A DNA stretch of 64,000 nt from the human T2T-CHM13v2.0 reference genome, Homo sapiens. Positions 33,501 to 49,300 of the stretch are shown here, piece by piece. The stretch lies in NCBI RefSeq assembly GCF_009914755.1, contig NC_060937.1. One strand, given 5' to 3'. Each line of letters opens with the position of its first letter. The first letter of the stretch is position 1. Position numbers and translations under genes: made by a program. The notes beneath the pieces are model-generated. The model was not told the origin of the DNA. It saw only the letters and a list, made by a program, of their open reading frames with translations, and did not search any database.

Positions 33501-36500
33501 TACCCAAGGTATATATTCTATACTGTACAAAAGATATCAAAGTACCCAAAGCATGTATTATATACTGTACATAAAATATGAAAGTACATCAAATATATAT
33601 TTTATTCTGTACATAAAATATCAAAGTACACCAGATATATATTCTATAGTGTACATAAAATATCAAAGTACCCAAACTATTTATTATACACTGTACATAA
33701 AATATGAAATTACATCAAATATATATTATATTAGGTACATAAAATATGAAAGTACATCAAATATAGATTATATACTGTACATAAAATACCAAAGTACCAC
33801 AAATATATATTTTATACTGTACATGAAATATCAAAGTTCACAAACTGTATGTTATATACTGTACATAAAATATCAAAGTACCCAAGGTATATATTCTATA
33901 CTCTACAAAAAATATCAAAGTACCAACAGCATGTATTATATACTGTACCTAAAATATGAAAGTACATCAAATATATATTTTATTCTGTACATAAAATATC
34001 AAATTACACCAGATATATATTCTATAGTGTACATAAAATATCAAAGTACCCAAAGTATACATTATATACTGTACATAAAATATGAAATTACATGAAATAT
34101 ATATTAGGTACGTAAAATATGAAAGTACATCAAATATAGATTATATACTGTACATAAAATATCAAAGTACCCCAAATATATATTATATACTCTACATGAA
34201 ATATCAAAGTTCACAAACCATACATTATATACTGTACATAAAATATCAAAGTACCCAAGGTATGTATTCTATACTGTACAAAAAATATCAAAGTACCCAA
34301 AGCATGTATTATATACTGTACATAAAATATGAAAGTACATCAAATATATATTTTATTCTGTACATAAAATATGAAGGTACACCAGATATATATTCTATAG
34401 TGTACATAAAATAGCAAACTACACAAACTATAAATTATATACTGTACATAAAATATGAAATTACATCAAATATATATTAGGTACATAAAATATGAAAGTA
34501 CATCAAATATAGATTATATACTGTACATAAAATATCAATGTACCCAAAATATATATTTTATACTCTACATGAAATATCAAAGTTCACAAACCATATATTG
34601 TATACTGTACATAAAATATCAAAGTACCCAAGGTATGTATTCTATACTGTACAAAAAATATCAAAGTACCCAAAGCATGTATTATATACTGTACATAAAA
34701 TATGAAAGTACATCAAATATATATTTTATTCTGTACATAAAATATCAAAGTACACCAGATATATATTCTATAGTGTACATAAAATATCAAAGTACCCAAA
34801 CTATACATTATATACTGCACATAAAATATGAAATTACATCAAATATATATTATATGAGGTACATAAAATATGAAAGTACATCAAATATAGATTATATACT
34901 GTACATTAAATATCAAAGTACCCCAAATATATATTTTATACTGTACATGAAATATCAAAGTTCACAAACTATATATTATATACTGTACATAAAATATCAA
35001 AATACCCAAGGTATATATTCTATACTGTACAAAAAAATATCAAAGTACCCAAAGCATGTATTATATACTGTACATAAAATATGAAAGTACATCAAATATA
35101 TATTTTATTCTGTACATAAAATATCAAAGTACACCAGATATATATTCTATAGTGTACATAAAATATCAAAGTACCCAAACTATACATTATATACTGTACA
35201 TAAAATATGAAATTACATCAAATATATATTATATTAGGTACATAAAATATGAAAGTACATCAAATATAGATTATACACACTACATAAAATATCAAAGTAC
35301 CCCAAATATATATTATATACTCTACATGAAATATCAAAGTTTGCAAACTATATATTATATACTGTACATAAAATAAAGTCCCCAAGGTATATATTCTATA
35401 CTGTAGATAAAATACCAAAGTACCCAAAGCATGTATTATATACTGTATATAAAATATGGAAGTACATCAAATATATATTTTATTCTGTACATAAAATATC
35501 AAAGTACACCAGATATATATTCTATAGTGTACATAAAATAACAAAGTACAAAAACTATAAATTATATACTGTACATAAAATATGAAATTACATCAAATAT
35601 ATATTAGGTACATAAAATATGAAAGTACATCAAATATAGATTATATACTGTACATAAAATTTCAATGTACCCCAAATATATATTTTATACTCTACATGAA
35701 ATATCAAAGTTCACAAACCATATATTATATACTGTACATAAAATCTCAAAGTACCCAAGGAATATATTCTATACTATACAAAAAATATCAAAGTACCCAA
35801 AGCATGTATTATATACTGTACCTAAAATATGAAAGTACATCAAATATATATTTTATTCTGTACATAAAATATCAAAGTACACCAGATATATATTCTATAG
35901 TGTACATAAAATATCAAAGTACCCAAACTATACATTATATACTGTACATAAAATATGAAATTACATCAAATATATTTTATATTAGGTACATAAAATATAA
36001 AAGTACATCAAATATAGATTATATACTGTACATTAAATAGCAAAGTACCCCAAATATATATTTTATACTGTACATGAAATATCAAAGTTCACAAACTATA
36101 TATTATATACTGTACATATAATATCAAAGTACCCAAGGTATATATTCTATACTGTACAAAAAATATCAAAGTACCAAAAGCATGTATTATATACTGTACA
36201 CAAAATATGAAAGTACATCAAATATATATTTTATTCTGTACATAAAATATCAAAGTACACCAGATACATATTCTATAGTGTACATAAAATATCAAAGTAC
36301 CCAAACTATACATTATATACTGTAAATAAAATGTGAAATTACATCAAATATATTTTATATTAGGTACATAAAATATGAAAGTACATCAAATATAGATTAT
36401 ATACTGTACATTAAATACCAAAGTACCCCAAACATATATTTTATACTATACATGAAATATCAAAGTTCACAAACTATATATTATATACTGTACATAAAAT

Positions 36501-37329
36501 ATCAAAGTACCCAAGGTATATATTCTATACTGTACAAAAAATATCAAAGTACCCAAAGCATGTATTATATACTGTACATTAAATATGAAAGTACATCAAA
36601 TATATATTTTATTCTGTACATAATATATCAAAGTACACCAGATATATATTCTATAGTGTACATAAAATAACAAAGTACACAAACTATAAATTATATACTG
36701 TACATAAAATATGAAATTACATCAAATATATATTAGGTACATAAAATATATAAGTACATCCAATATAGATTATATACTGTACATAAAATATCAATGTACC
36801 CCAAATATATATTTTATAGTCTACATGAAATATCAAAGTTCACAAACCATATATTGTATACTGTACATAAAATATCAAAGTACCCAAGGTATATATTCTA
36901 TACTGTACAAAAAATATCAAAGTACCCAAGGCATGTATTATACACTGTACATAAAATATGAAAGTACATCAAATATATATTTTATTCTGTACATAAAATA
37001 TCAAAGTACACCAGATATATATTCTATAGTGTACATAAAATATCAAAGTACCCAAACTATACATTATATACTGCACATAAAATATGAAATTACATCAAAT
37101 ATATATTATATGAGGTACATAAAATATGAAAGTACATCAAATATAGATTATATACTGTACATTAAATATCAAAGTACCCCAAATATATATTTTATACTGT
37201 ACATGAAATATCAAAGTTCACTAACTATATATTATATACTGTACATAAAATATCAAAGTACCCAAGGTATATATTCTATACTGTACAAAAAAATATCAAA
37301 GTACCCAAAGCATGTATTATATACTGTAC
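16846..37329 (+). repeat. Near-identical head-to-tail duplication with 10,272-bp period (~16846-27057 and ~27118-37329)
   Basis: At least 15 ORF pairs are offset by exactly 10272 (e.g. 17675/27947, 20509/30781, 22681/32953, 26439/36711) with essentially identical translations. Only two mismatches were noticed by eye (16971/27243 and 23732/34004). Confidence 0.93.
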
Positions 37330-40300
37330 ATAAAATATGAAAGTACATCAAATATATATTTTATTCTGTACATAAAATATCAAAGTACACCAGATATATA
37401 TTCTATAGTGTACATAAAATATCAAAGTACCCAAACTATACATTATATACTGTACATAAAATATGAAATTACATCAAATATATATTATATTAGGTACATA
37501 AAATATGAAAGTACATCAAATATAGATTATACACACTACATAAAATATCAAAGTACCCCAAATATATATTATATACTCTACATGAAATATCAAAGTTTGC
37601 AAACTATATATTATATACTGTACATAAAATAAAGTCCCCAAGGTATATATTCTATACTGTAGATAAAATACCAAAGTACCCAAAGCATGTATTATATACT
37701 GTACATAAAATATGAAAGTACATCAAATATATATTTTATTCTGTACATAAAATATCAAAGTACACCAGATATATATTCTATAGTGTACATAAAATAACAA
37801 AGTACAAAAACTATAAATTATATACTGTACATAAAATATGAAATTACATCAAATATATATTAGGTACATAAAATATGAAAGTACATCAAATATAGATTAT
37901 ATACTGTACATAAAATTTCAATGTACCCCAAATATATATTTTATACTCTACATGAAATATCAAAGTTCACAAACCATATATTATATACTGTACATAAAAT
38001 ATCAAAGTACCCAAGGAATATATTCTATACTATACAAAAAATATCAAAGTACCCAAAGCATGTATTATATACTGTACCTAAAATATGAAAGTACATCAAA
38101 TATATATTTTATTCTGTACATAAAATATCAAAGTACACCAGATATATATTCTATAGTGTACATAAAATATCAAAGTACCCAAACTATACATTATATACTG
38201 TACATAAAATATGAAATTACATCAAATATATTTTATATTAGGTACATAAAATATAAAAGTACATCAAATATAGATTATATACTGTACATTAAATACCAAA
38301 GTACCCCAAATATATATTTTATACTGTACATGAAATATCAAAGTTCACAAACTATATATTATATACTGTACATAAAATATCAAAGTACCCAAGGTATATA
38401 TTCTATACTGTACAAAAAAATATCAAAGTACCCAAAGCATGTATTATATACTGTACCTAAAATATGAAAGTACATGAAATATATATTTTATTCTGTACAT
38501 AAAATATCAAAGTACACCAGATATATATTCTATAGTGTACATAAAATATCAAAGTACCCAAACTATACATTATATACTGTACATAAAATATGAAATTACA
38601 TCAAATATATATTATATTAGGTACATAAAATATGAAAGTACATCAAATATAGATTATACACACTACATAAAATATCAAAGTACCCCAAATATATATTATA
38701 TACTCTACATGAAATATCAAAGTTTGCAAACTATATATTATATACTGTACATAAAATAAAGTCCCCAAGGTATATATTCTATACTGTAGATAAAATACCA
38801 AAGTACCCAAAGCATGTATTATATACTGTATATAAAATATGGAAGTACATCAAATATATATTTTATTCTGTACATAAAATATCAAAGTACACCAGATATA
38901 TATTCTATAGTGTACATAAAATATCAAAGTACCCAAACTATACATTATATACTGTACATAAAATATGAAATTACATCAAATATATTTTATATTAGGTACA
39001 TAAAATATAAAAGTACATCAAATATAGATTATATACTGTACATTAAATAGCAAAGTACCCCAAATATATATTTTATACTGTACATGAAATATCAAAGTTC
39101 ACAAACTATATATTATATACTGTACATATAATATCAAAGTACCCAAGGTATATATTCTATACTGTACAAAAAATATCAAAGTACCAAAAGCATGTATTAT
39201 ATACTGTACACAAAATATGAAAGTACATCAAATATATATTTTATTCTGTACATAAAATATCAAAGTACACCAGATACATATTCTATAGTGTACATAAAAT
39301 ATCAAAGTACCCAAACTATACATAACATACTGTAAATAAAATGTGAAATTACATCAAATATATTTTATATTAGGTACATAAAATATGAAAGTACATCAAA
39401 TATAGATTATATACTGTACATTAAATACCAAAGTACCCCAAACATATATTTTATACTATACATGAAATATCAAAGTTCACAAACTATATATTATATACTG
39501 TACATAAAATATCAAAGTACCCAAGGTATATATTCTATACTGTACAAAAAATATCAAAGTACCCAAAGCATGTATTATATACTGTACATTAAATATGAAA
39601 GTACATCAAATATATATTTTATTCTGTACATAATATATCAAAGTACACCAGATATATATTCTATAGTGTACATAAAATAACAAAGTACACAAACTATAAA
39701 TTATATACTGTACATAAAATATGAAATTACATCAAATATATATTAGGTACATAAAATATGAAAGTACATCAAATATAGATTATATACTGTACATAAAATA
39801 TCAATGTACCCCAAATATATATTTTATAGTCTACATGAAATATCAAAGTTCACAAACCATATATTGTATACTGTACATAAAATATCAAAGTACCCAAGGT
39901 ATATATTCTATACTGTACAAAAAATATCAAAGTACCCAAAGCATGTATTATACACTGTACATAAAATATGAAAGTACATCAAATATATATTTTATTCTGT
40001 ACATAAAATATCAAAGTACACCAGATATATATTCTATAGTGTACATAAAATATCAAAGTACCCAAACTATACATTATATACTGCACATAAAATATGAAAT
40101 TACATCAAATATATATTATATGAGGTACATAAAATATGAAAGTACATCAAATATAGATTATATACTGTACATTAAATATCAAAGTACCCCAAATATATAT
40201 TTTATACTGTACATGAAATATCAAAGTTCACAAACTATATATTATATACTGTACATAAAATATCAAAGTACCCAAGGTATATATTCTATACTGTACAAAA

Positions 40301-43300
40301 AATATCAAAGTACCCAAAGCATGTATTATATACTGTACATAAAATATGAAAGTACATCAAATATATATTTTATTCTGTACATAAAATATCAAAGTACACC
40401 AGATATATATTCTATAGTGTACATAAAATATCAAAGTACCCAAACTATACATTATATACTGTACATAAAATATGAAATTACATCAAATATATATTATATT
40501 AGGTACATAAAATATGAAAGTACATCAAATATAGATTATACACACTACATAAAATATCAAAGTACCCCAAATATATATTATATACTCTACATGAAATATC
40601 AAAGTTTGCAAACTATATATTATATACTGTACATAAAATAAAGTCCCCAAGGTATATATTCTATACTGTAGATAAAATACCAAAGTACCCAAAGCATGTA
40701 TTATATACTGTATATAAAATATGGAAGTACATCAAATATATATTTTATTCTGTACATAAAATATCAAAGTACACCAGATATATATTCTATAGTGTACATA
40801 AAATAACAAAGTACAAAAACTATAAATTATATACTGTACATAAAATATGAAATTACATCAAATATATATTAGGTACATAAAATATGAAAGTACATCAAAT
40901 ATAGATTATATACTGTACATAAAATTTCAATGTACCCCAAATATATATTTTATACTCTACATGAAATATCAAAGTTCACAAACCATATATTATATACTGT
41001 ACATAAAATATCAAAGTACCCAAGGAATATATTCTATACTATACAAAAAATATCAAAGTACCCAAAGCATGTATTATATACTGTACCTAAAATATGAAAG
41101 TACATCAAATATATATTTTATTCTGTACATAAAATATCAAAGTACACCAGATATATATTCTATAGTGTACATAAAATATCAAAGTACCCAAACTATACAT
41201 TATATACTGTACATAAAATATGAAATTACATCAAATATATTTTATATTAGGTACATAAAATATAAAAGTACATCAAATATAGATTATATACTGTACATTA
41301 AATACCAAAGTACCCCAAATATATATTTTATACTGTACATGAAATATCAAAGTTCACAAACTATATATTATATACTGTACATAAAATATCAAAGTACCCA
41401 AGGTATATATTCTATACTGTACAAAAAAATATCAAAGTACCCAAAGCATGTATTATATACTGTACCTAAAATATGAAAGTACATCAAATATATATTTTAT
41501 TCTGTACATAAAATATCAAAGTACACCAGATATATATTTTATAGTGTACATAAAATATCAAAGTACCCAAACTATACATTATATACTGTACATAAAATAT
41601 GAAATTACATCAAATATATATTATATTAGGTACATAAAATATGAAAGTACATCAAATATAGATTATACACACTACATAAAATATCAAAATACCCCAAATA
41701 TATATTATATACTCTACATGAAATATCAAAGTTTGCAAACTATATATTATATACTGTACATAAAATAAAGTCCCCAAGGTATATATTCTATACTGTAGAT
41801 AAAATACCAAAGTACCCAAAGCATGTATTATATACTGTATATAAAATATGGAAGTACATCAAATATATATTTTATTCTGTACATAAAATATCAAAGTACA
41901 CCAGATATATATTCTATAGTGTACATAAAATAACAAAGTACAAAAACTATAAATTATATACTGTACATAAAATATGAAATTACATCAAATATATATTAGG
42001 TACATAAAATATGAAAGTACATCAAATATAGATTATATACTGTACATAAAATTTCAATGTACCCCAAATATATATTTTATACTCTACATGAAATATCAAA
42101 GTTCACAAACCATATATTATATACTGTACATAAAATATCAAAGTACCCAAGGAATATATTCTATACTATACAAAAAATGTCAAAGTACCCAAAGCATGTA
42201 TTATATACTGTACCTAAAATATGAAAGTACATCAAATATATATTTTATTCTGTACATAAAATATCAAAGTACACCAGATATATATTCTATAGTGTACATA
42301 AAATATCAAAGTACCCAAACTATACATTATATACTGTACATAAAATATGAAATTACATCAAATATATTTTATATTAGGTACATAAAATATAAAAGTACAT
42401 CAAATATAGATTATATACTGTACATTAAATACCAAAGTACCCCAAATATATATTTTATACTGTACATGAAATATCAAAGTTCACAAACTATATATTATAT
42501 ACTGTACATATAATATCAAAGTACCCAAGGTATATATTCTATACTGTACAAAAAATATCAAAGTACCAAAAGCATGTATTATATACTGTACACAAAATAT
42601 GAAAGTACATCAAATATATATTTTATTCTGTACATAAAATGTCAAAGTACACCAGATACATATTCTATAGTGTACATAAAATATCAAAGTACCCAAACTA
42701 TACATTATATACTGTAAATAAAATGTGAAATTACATCAAATATATTTTATATTAGGTACATAAAATATGAAAGTACATCAAATATAGATTATATACTGTA
42801 CATTAAATACCAAAGTACCCCAAACATATATTTTATACTATACATGAAATATCAAAGTTCACAAACTATATATTATATACTGTACATAAAATATCAAAGT
42901 ACCCAAGGTATATATTCTATACTGTACAAAAAATATCAAAGTACACAAAGCATGTATTATATACTGTACATTAAATATGAAAGTACATCAAATACATATT
43001 TTATTCTGTACATAATATATCAAAGTACACCAGATATATATTCTATAGTGTACATAAAATAACAAAGTACACAAACTATAAATTATATACTGTACATAAA
43101 ATATGAAATTACATCAAATATATATTAGGTACATAAAATATGAAAGTACATCAAATATAGATTATATACTGTACATAAAATATCAATGTACCCCAAATAT
43201 ATATTTTATACTCTACATGAAATATCAAAGTTCACAAACCATATATTGTATACTGTACATAAAATATCAAAGTACCCAAGGTATATATTCTATACTGTAC

Positions 43301-46300
43301 AAAAAATATCAAAGTACCCAAAGCATGTATTATACACTGTACATAAAATATGAAAGTACATCAAATATATATTTTATTCTGTACATAAAATATCAAAGTA
43401 CACCAGATATATATTCTATAGTGTACATAAAATATCAAAGTACCCAAACTATACATTATATACTGCACATAAAATATGAAATTACATCAAATATATATTA
43501 TATGAGGTACATAAAATATGAAAGTACATCAAATATAGATTATATACTGTACATTAAATATCAAAGTACCCCAAATATATATTTTATACTGTACATGAAA
43601 TATCAAAGTTCAGAAACTATATATTATATACTGTACATAAAATATCAAAGTACCCAAGGTATATATTCTATACTGTACAAAAAAATATCAAAGTACCCAA
43701 AGCATGTATTATATACTGTACATAAAATATGAAAGTACATCAAATATATATTTTATTCTGTACATAAAATATCAAAGTACACCAGATATATATTCTATAG
43801 TGTACATAAAATATCAAAGTACCCAAACTATACATTATATACTGTACATAAAATATGAAATTACATCAAATATATATTATATTAGGTACATAAAATATGA
43901 AAGTACATCAAATATAGATTATACACACTACATAAAATATCAAAGTACCCCAAATATATATTATATACTCTACATGAAATATCAAAGTTTGCAAACTATA
44001 TATTATATACTGTACATAAAATAAAGTCCCCAAGGTATATATTCTATACTGTAGATAAAATACCAAAGTACCCAAAGCATGTATTATATACTGTATATAA
44101 AATATGGAAGTACATCAAATATATATTTTATTCTGTACATAAAATATCAAAGTACACCAGATATATATTCTATAGTGTACATAAAATAACAAAGTACAAA
44201 AACTATAAATTATATACTGTACATAAAATATGAAATTACATCAAATATATATTAGGTACATAAAATATGAAAGTACATCAAATATAGATTATATACTGTA
44301 CATAAAATTTCAATGTACCCCAAATATATATTTTATACTCTACATGAAATATCAAAGTTCACAAACCATATATTATATACTGTACATAAAATATCAAAGT
44401 ACCCAAGGAATATATTCTATACTATACAAAAAATATCAAAGTACCCAAAGCATGTATTATATACTGTACCTAAAATATGAAAGTACATCAAATATATATT
44501 TTATTCTGTACATAAAATATCAAAGTACACCAGATATATATTCTATAGTGTACATAAAATATCAAAGTACCCAAACTATACATTATATACTGTACATAAA
44601 ATATGAAATTACATCAAATATATTTTATATTAGGTACATAAAATATAAAAGTACATCAAATATAGATTATATACTGTACATTAAATACCAAAGTACCCCA
44701 AATATATATTTTATACTGTACATGAAATATCAAAGTTCACAAACTATATATTATATACTGTACATAAAATATCAAAGTACCCAAGGTATATATTCTATAC
44801 TGTACAAAAAAATATCAAAGTACCCAAAGCATGTATTATATACTGTACCTAAAATATGAAAGTACATCAAATATATATTTTATTCTGTACATAAAATATC
44901 AAAGTACACCAGATATATATTCTATAGTGTACATAAAATATCAAAGTACCCAAACTATACATTATATACTGTACATAAAATATGAAATTACATCAAATAT
45001 ATATTATATTAGGTACATAAAATATGAAAGTACATCAAATATAGATTATACACACTACATAAAATATCAAAGTACCCCAAATATATATTATATACTCTAC
45101 ATGAAATATCAAAGTTTGCAAACTATATATTATATACTGTACATAAAATAAAGTCCCCAAGGTATATATTCTATACTGTAGATAAAATACCAAAGTACCC
45201 AAAGCATGTATTATATACTGTATATAAAATATGGAAGTACATCAAATATATATTTTATTCTGTACATAAAATATCAAAGTACACCAGATATATATTCTAT
45301 AGTGTACATAAAATAACAAAGTACAAAAACTATAAATTATATACTGTACATAAAATATGAAATTACATCAAATATATATTAGGTACATAAAATATGAAAG
45401 TACATCAAATATAGATTATATACTGTACATAAAATTTCAATGTACCCCAAATATATATTTTATACTCTACATGAAATAACAAAGTTCACAAACCATATAT
45501 TATATACTGTACATAAAATATCAAAGTACCCAAGGAATATATTCTATACTATACAAAAAATATCAAAGTACCCAAAGCATGTATTATATACTGTACCTAA
45601 AATATGAAAGTACATCAAATATATATTTTATTCTGTACATAAAATATCAAAGTACACCATATATATATTCTATAGTGTACATAAAATATCAAAGTACCCA
45701 AACTATACATTATATACTGTACATAAAATATGAAATTACATCAAATATATTTTATATTAGGTACATAAAATATAAAAGTACATCAAATATAGATTATATA
45801 CTGTACATTAAATACCAAAGTACCCCAAATATATATTTTATACTGTACATGAAATATCAAAGTTCACAAACTATATATTATATACTGTACATATAATATC
45901 AAAGTACCCAAGGTATATATTCTATACTGTACAAAAAATATCAAAGTACCAAAAGCATGTATTATATACTGTACACAAAATATGAAAGTACATCAAATAT
46001 ATATTTTATTCTGTACATAAAATATCAAAGTACACCAGATACATATTCTATAGTGTACATAAAATATCAAAGTACCCAAACTATACATTATATACTGTAA
46101 ATAAAATGTGAAATTACATCAAATATATTTTATATTAGGTACATAAAATATGAAAGTACATCAAATATAGATTATATACTGTACATTAAATACCAAAGTA
46201 CCCCAAACATATATTTTATACTATACATGAAATATCAAAGTTCACAAACTATATATTATATACTGTACATAAAATATCAAAGTACCCAAGGTATATATTC

Positions 46301-49300
46301 TATACTGTACAAAAAATATCAAAGTACACAAAGCATGTATTATATACTGTACATTAAATATGAAAGTACATCAAATACATATTTTATTCTGTACATAATA
46401 TATCAAAGTACACCAGATATATATTCTATAGTGTACATAAAATAACAAAGTACACAAACTATAAATTATATACTGTACATAAAATATGAAATTACATCAA
46501 ATATATATTAGGTACATAAAATATGAAAGTACATCAAATATAGATTATATACTGTACATAAAATATCAATGTACCCCAAATATATATTTTATACTCTACA
46601 TGAAATATCAAAGTTCACAAACCATATATTGTATACTGTACATAAAATATCAAAGTACCCAAGGTATATATTCTATACTGTACAAAAAATATCAAAGTAC
46701 CCAAAGCATGTATTATACACTGTACATAAAATATGAAAGTACATCAAATATATATTTTATTCTGTACATAAAATATCAAAGTACACCAGATATATATTCT
46801 ATAGTGTACATAAAATATCAAAGTACCCAAACTATACATTATATACTGCACATAAAATATGAAATTACATCAAATATATATTATATGAGGTACATAAAAT
46901 ATGAAAGTACATCAAATATAGATTATATACTGTACATTAAATATCAAAGTACCCCAAATATATATTTTATACTGTACATGAAATATCAAAGTTCACAAAC
47001 TATATATTATATACTGTACATAAAATATCAAAGTACCCAAGGTATATATTCTATACTGTACAAAAAAATATCAAAGTACCCAAAGCATGTATTATATACT
47101 GTACATAAAATATGAAAGTACATCAAATATATATTTTATTCTGTACATAAAATATCAAAGTACACCAGATATATATTCTATAGTGTACATAAAATATCAA
47201 AGTACCCAAACTATACATTATATACTGTACATAAAATATGAAATTACATCAAATATATATTATATTAGGTACATAAAATATGAAAGTACATCAAATATAG
47301 ATTATACACACTACATAAAATATCAAAGTACCCCAAATATATATTATATACTCTACATGAAATATCAAAGTTTGCAAACTATATATTATATACTGTACAT
47401 AAAATAAAGTCCCCAAGGTATATATTCTATACTGTAGATAATATACCAAAGTACCCAAAGCATGTATTATATACTGTATATAAAATATGGAAGTACATCA
47501 AATATATATTTTATTCTGTACATAAAATATCAAAGTACACCAGATATATATTCTATAGTGTACATAAAATAACAAAGTACAAAAACTATAAATTATATAC
47601 TGTACATAAAATATGAAATTACATCAAATATATATTAGGTACATAAAATATGAAAGTACATCAAATATAGATTATATACTGTACATAAAATTTCAATGTA
47701 CCCCAAATATATATTTTATACTCTACATGAAATATCAAAGTTCACAAACCATATATTATATACTGTACATAAAATATCAAAGTACCCAAGGAATATATTC
47801 TATACTATACAAAAAATATCAAAGTACCCAAAGCATGTATTATATACTGTACCTAAAATATGAAAGTACATCAAATATATATTTTATTCTGTACATAAAA
47901 TATCAAAGTACACCAGATATATATTCTATAGTGTACATAAAATATCAAAGTACCCAAACTATACATTATATACTGTACATAAAATATGAAATTACATCAA
48001 ATATATTTTATATTAGGTACATAAAATATAAAAGTACATCAAATATAGATTATATACTGTACATTAAATACCAAAGTACCCCAAATATATATTTTATACT
48101 GTACATGAAATATCAAAGTTCACAAACTATATATTATATACTGTACATAAAATATCAAAGTACCCAAGGTATATATTCTATACTGTACAAAAAAATATCA
48201 AAGTACCCAAAGCATGTATTATATACTGTACCTAAAATATGAAAGTACATCAAATATATATTTTATTCTGTACATAAAATATCAAAGTACACCAGATATA
48301 TATTCTATAGTGTACATAAAATATCAAAGTACCCAAACTATACATTATATACTGTACATAAAATATGAAATTACATCAAATATATATTATATTAGGTACA
48401 TAAAATATGAAAGTACATCAAATATAGATTATACACACTACATAAAATATCAAAGTACCCCAAATATATATTATATACTCTACATGAAATATCAAAGTTT
48501 GCAAACTATATATTATATACTGTACATAAAATAAAGTCCCCAAGGTATATATTCTATACTGTAGATAAAATACCAAAGTACCCAAAGCATGTATTATATA
48601 CTGTATATAAAATATGGAAGTACATCAAATATATATTTTATTCTGTACATAAAATATCAAAGTACACCAGATATATATTCTATAGTGTACATAAAATAAC
48701 AAAGTACAAAAACTATAAATTATATACTGTACATAAAATATGAAATTACATCAAATATATATTAGGTACATAAAATATGAAAGTACATCAAATATAGATT
48801 ATATACTGTACATAAAATTTCAATGTACCCCAAATATATATTTTATACTCTACATGAAATAACAAAGTTCACAAACCATATATTATATACTGTACATAAA
48901 ATATCAAAGTACCCAAGGAATATATTCTATACTATACAAAAAATATCAAAGTACCCAAAGCATGTATTATATACTGTACCTAAAATATGAAAGTACATCA
49001 AATATATATTTTATTCTGTACATAAAATATCAAAGTACACCATATATATATTCTATAGTGTACATAAAATATCAAAGTACCCAAACTATACATTATATAC
49101 TGTACATAAAATATGAAATTACATCAAATATATTTTATATTAGGTACATAAAATATAAAAGTACATCAAATATAGATTATATACTGTACATTAAATACCA
49201 AAGTACCCCAAATATATATTTTATACTGTACATGAAATATCAAAGTTCACAAACTATATATTATATACTGTACATATAATATCAAAGTACCCAAGGTATA

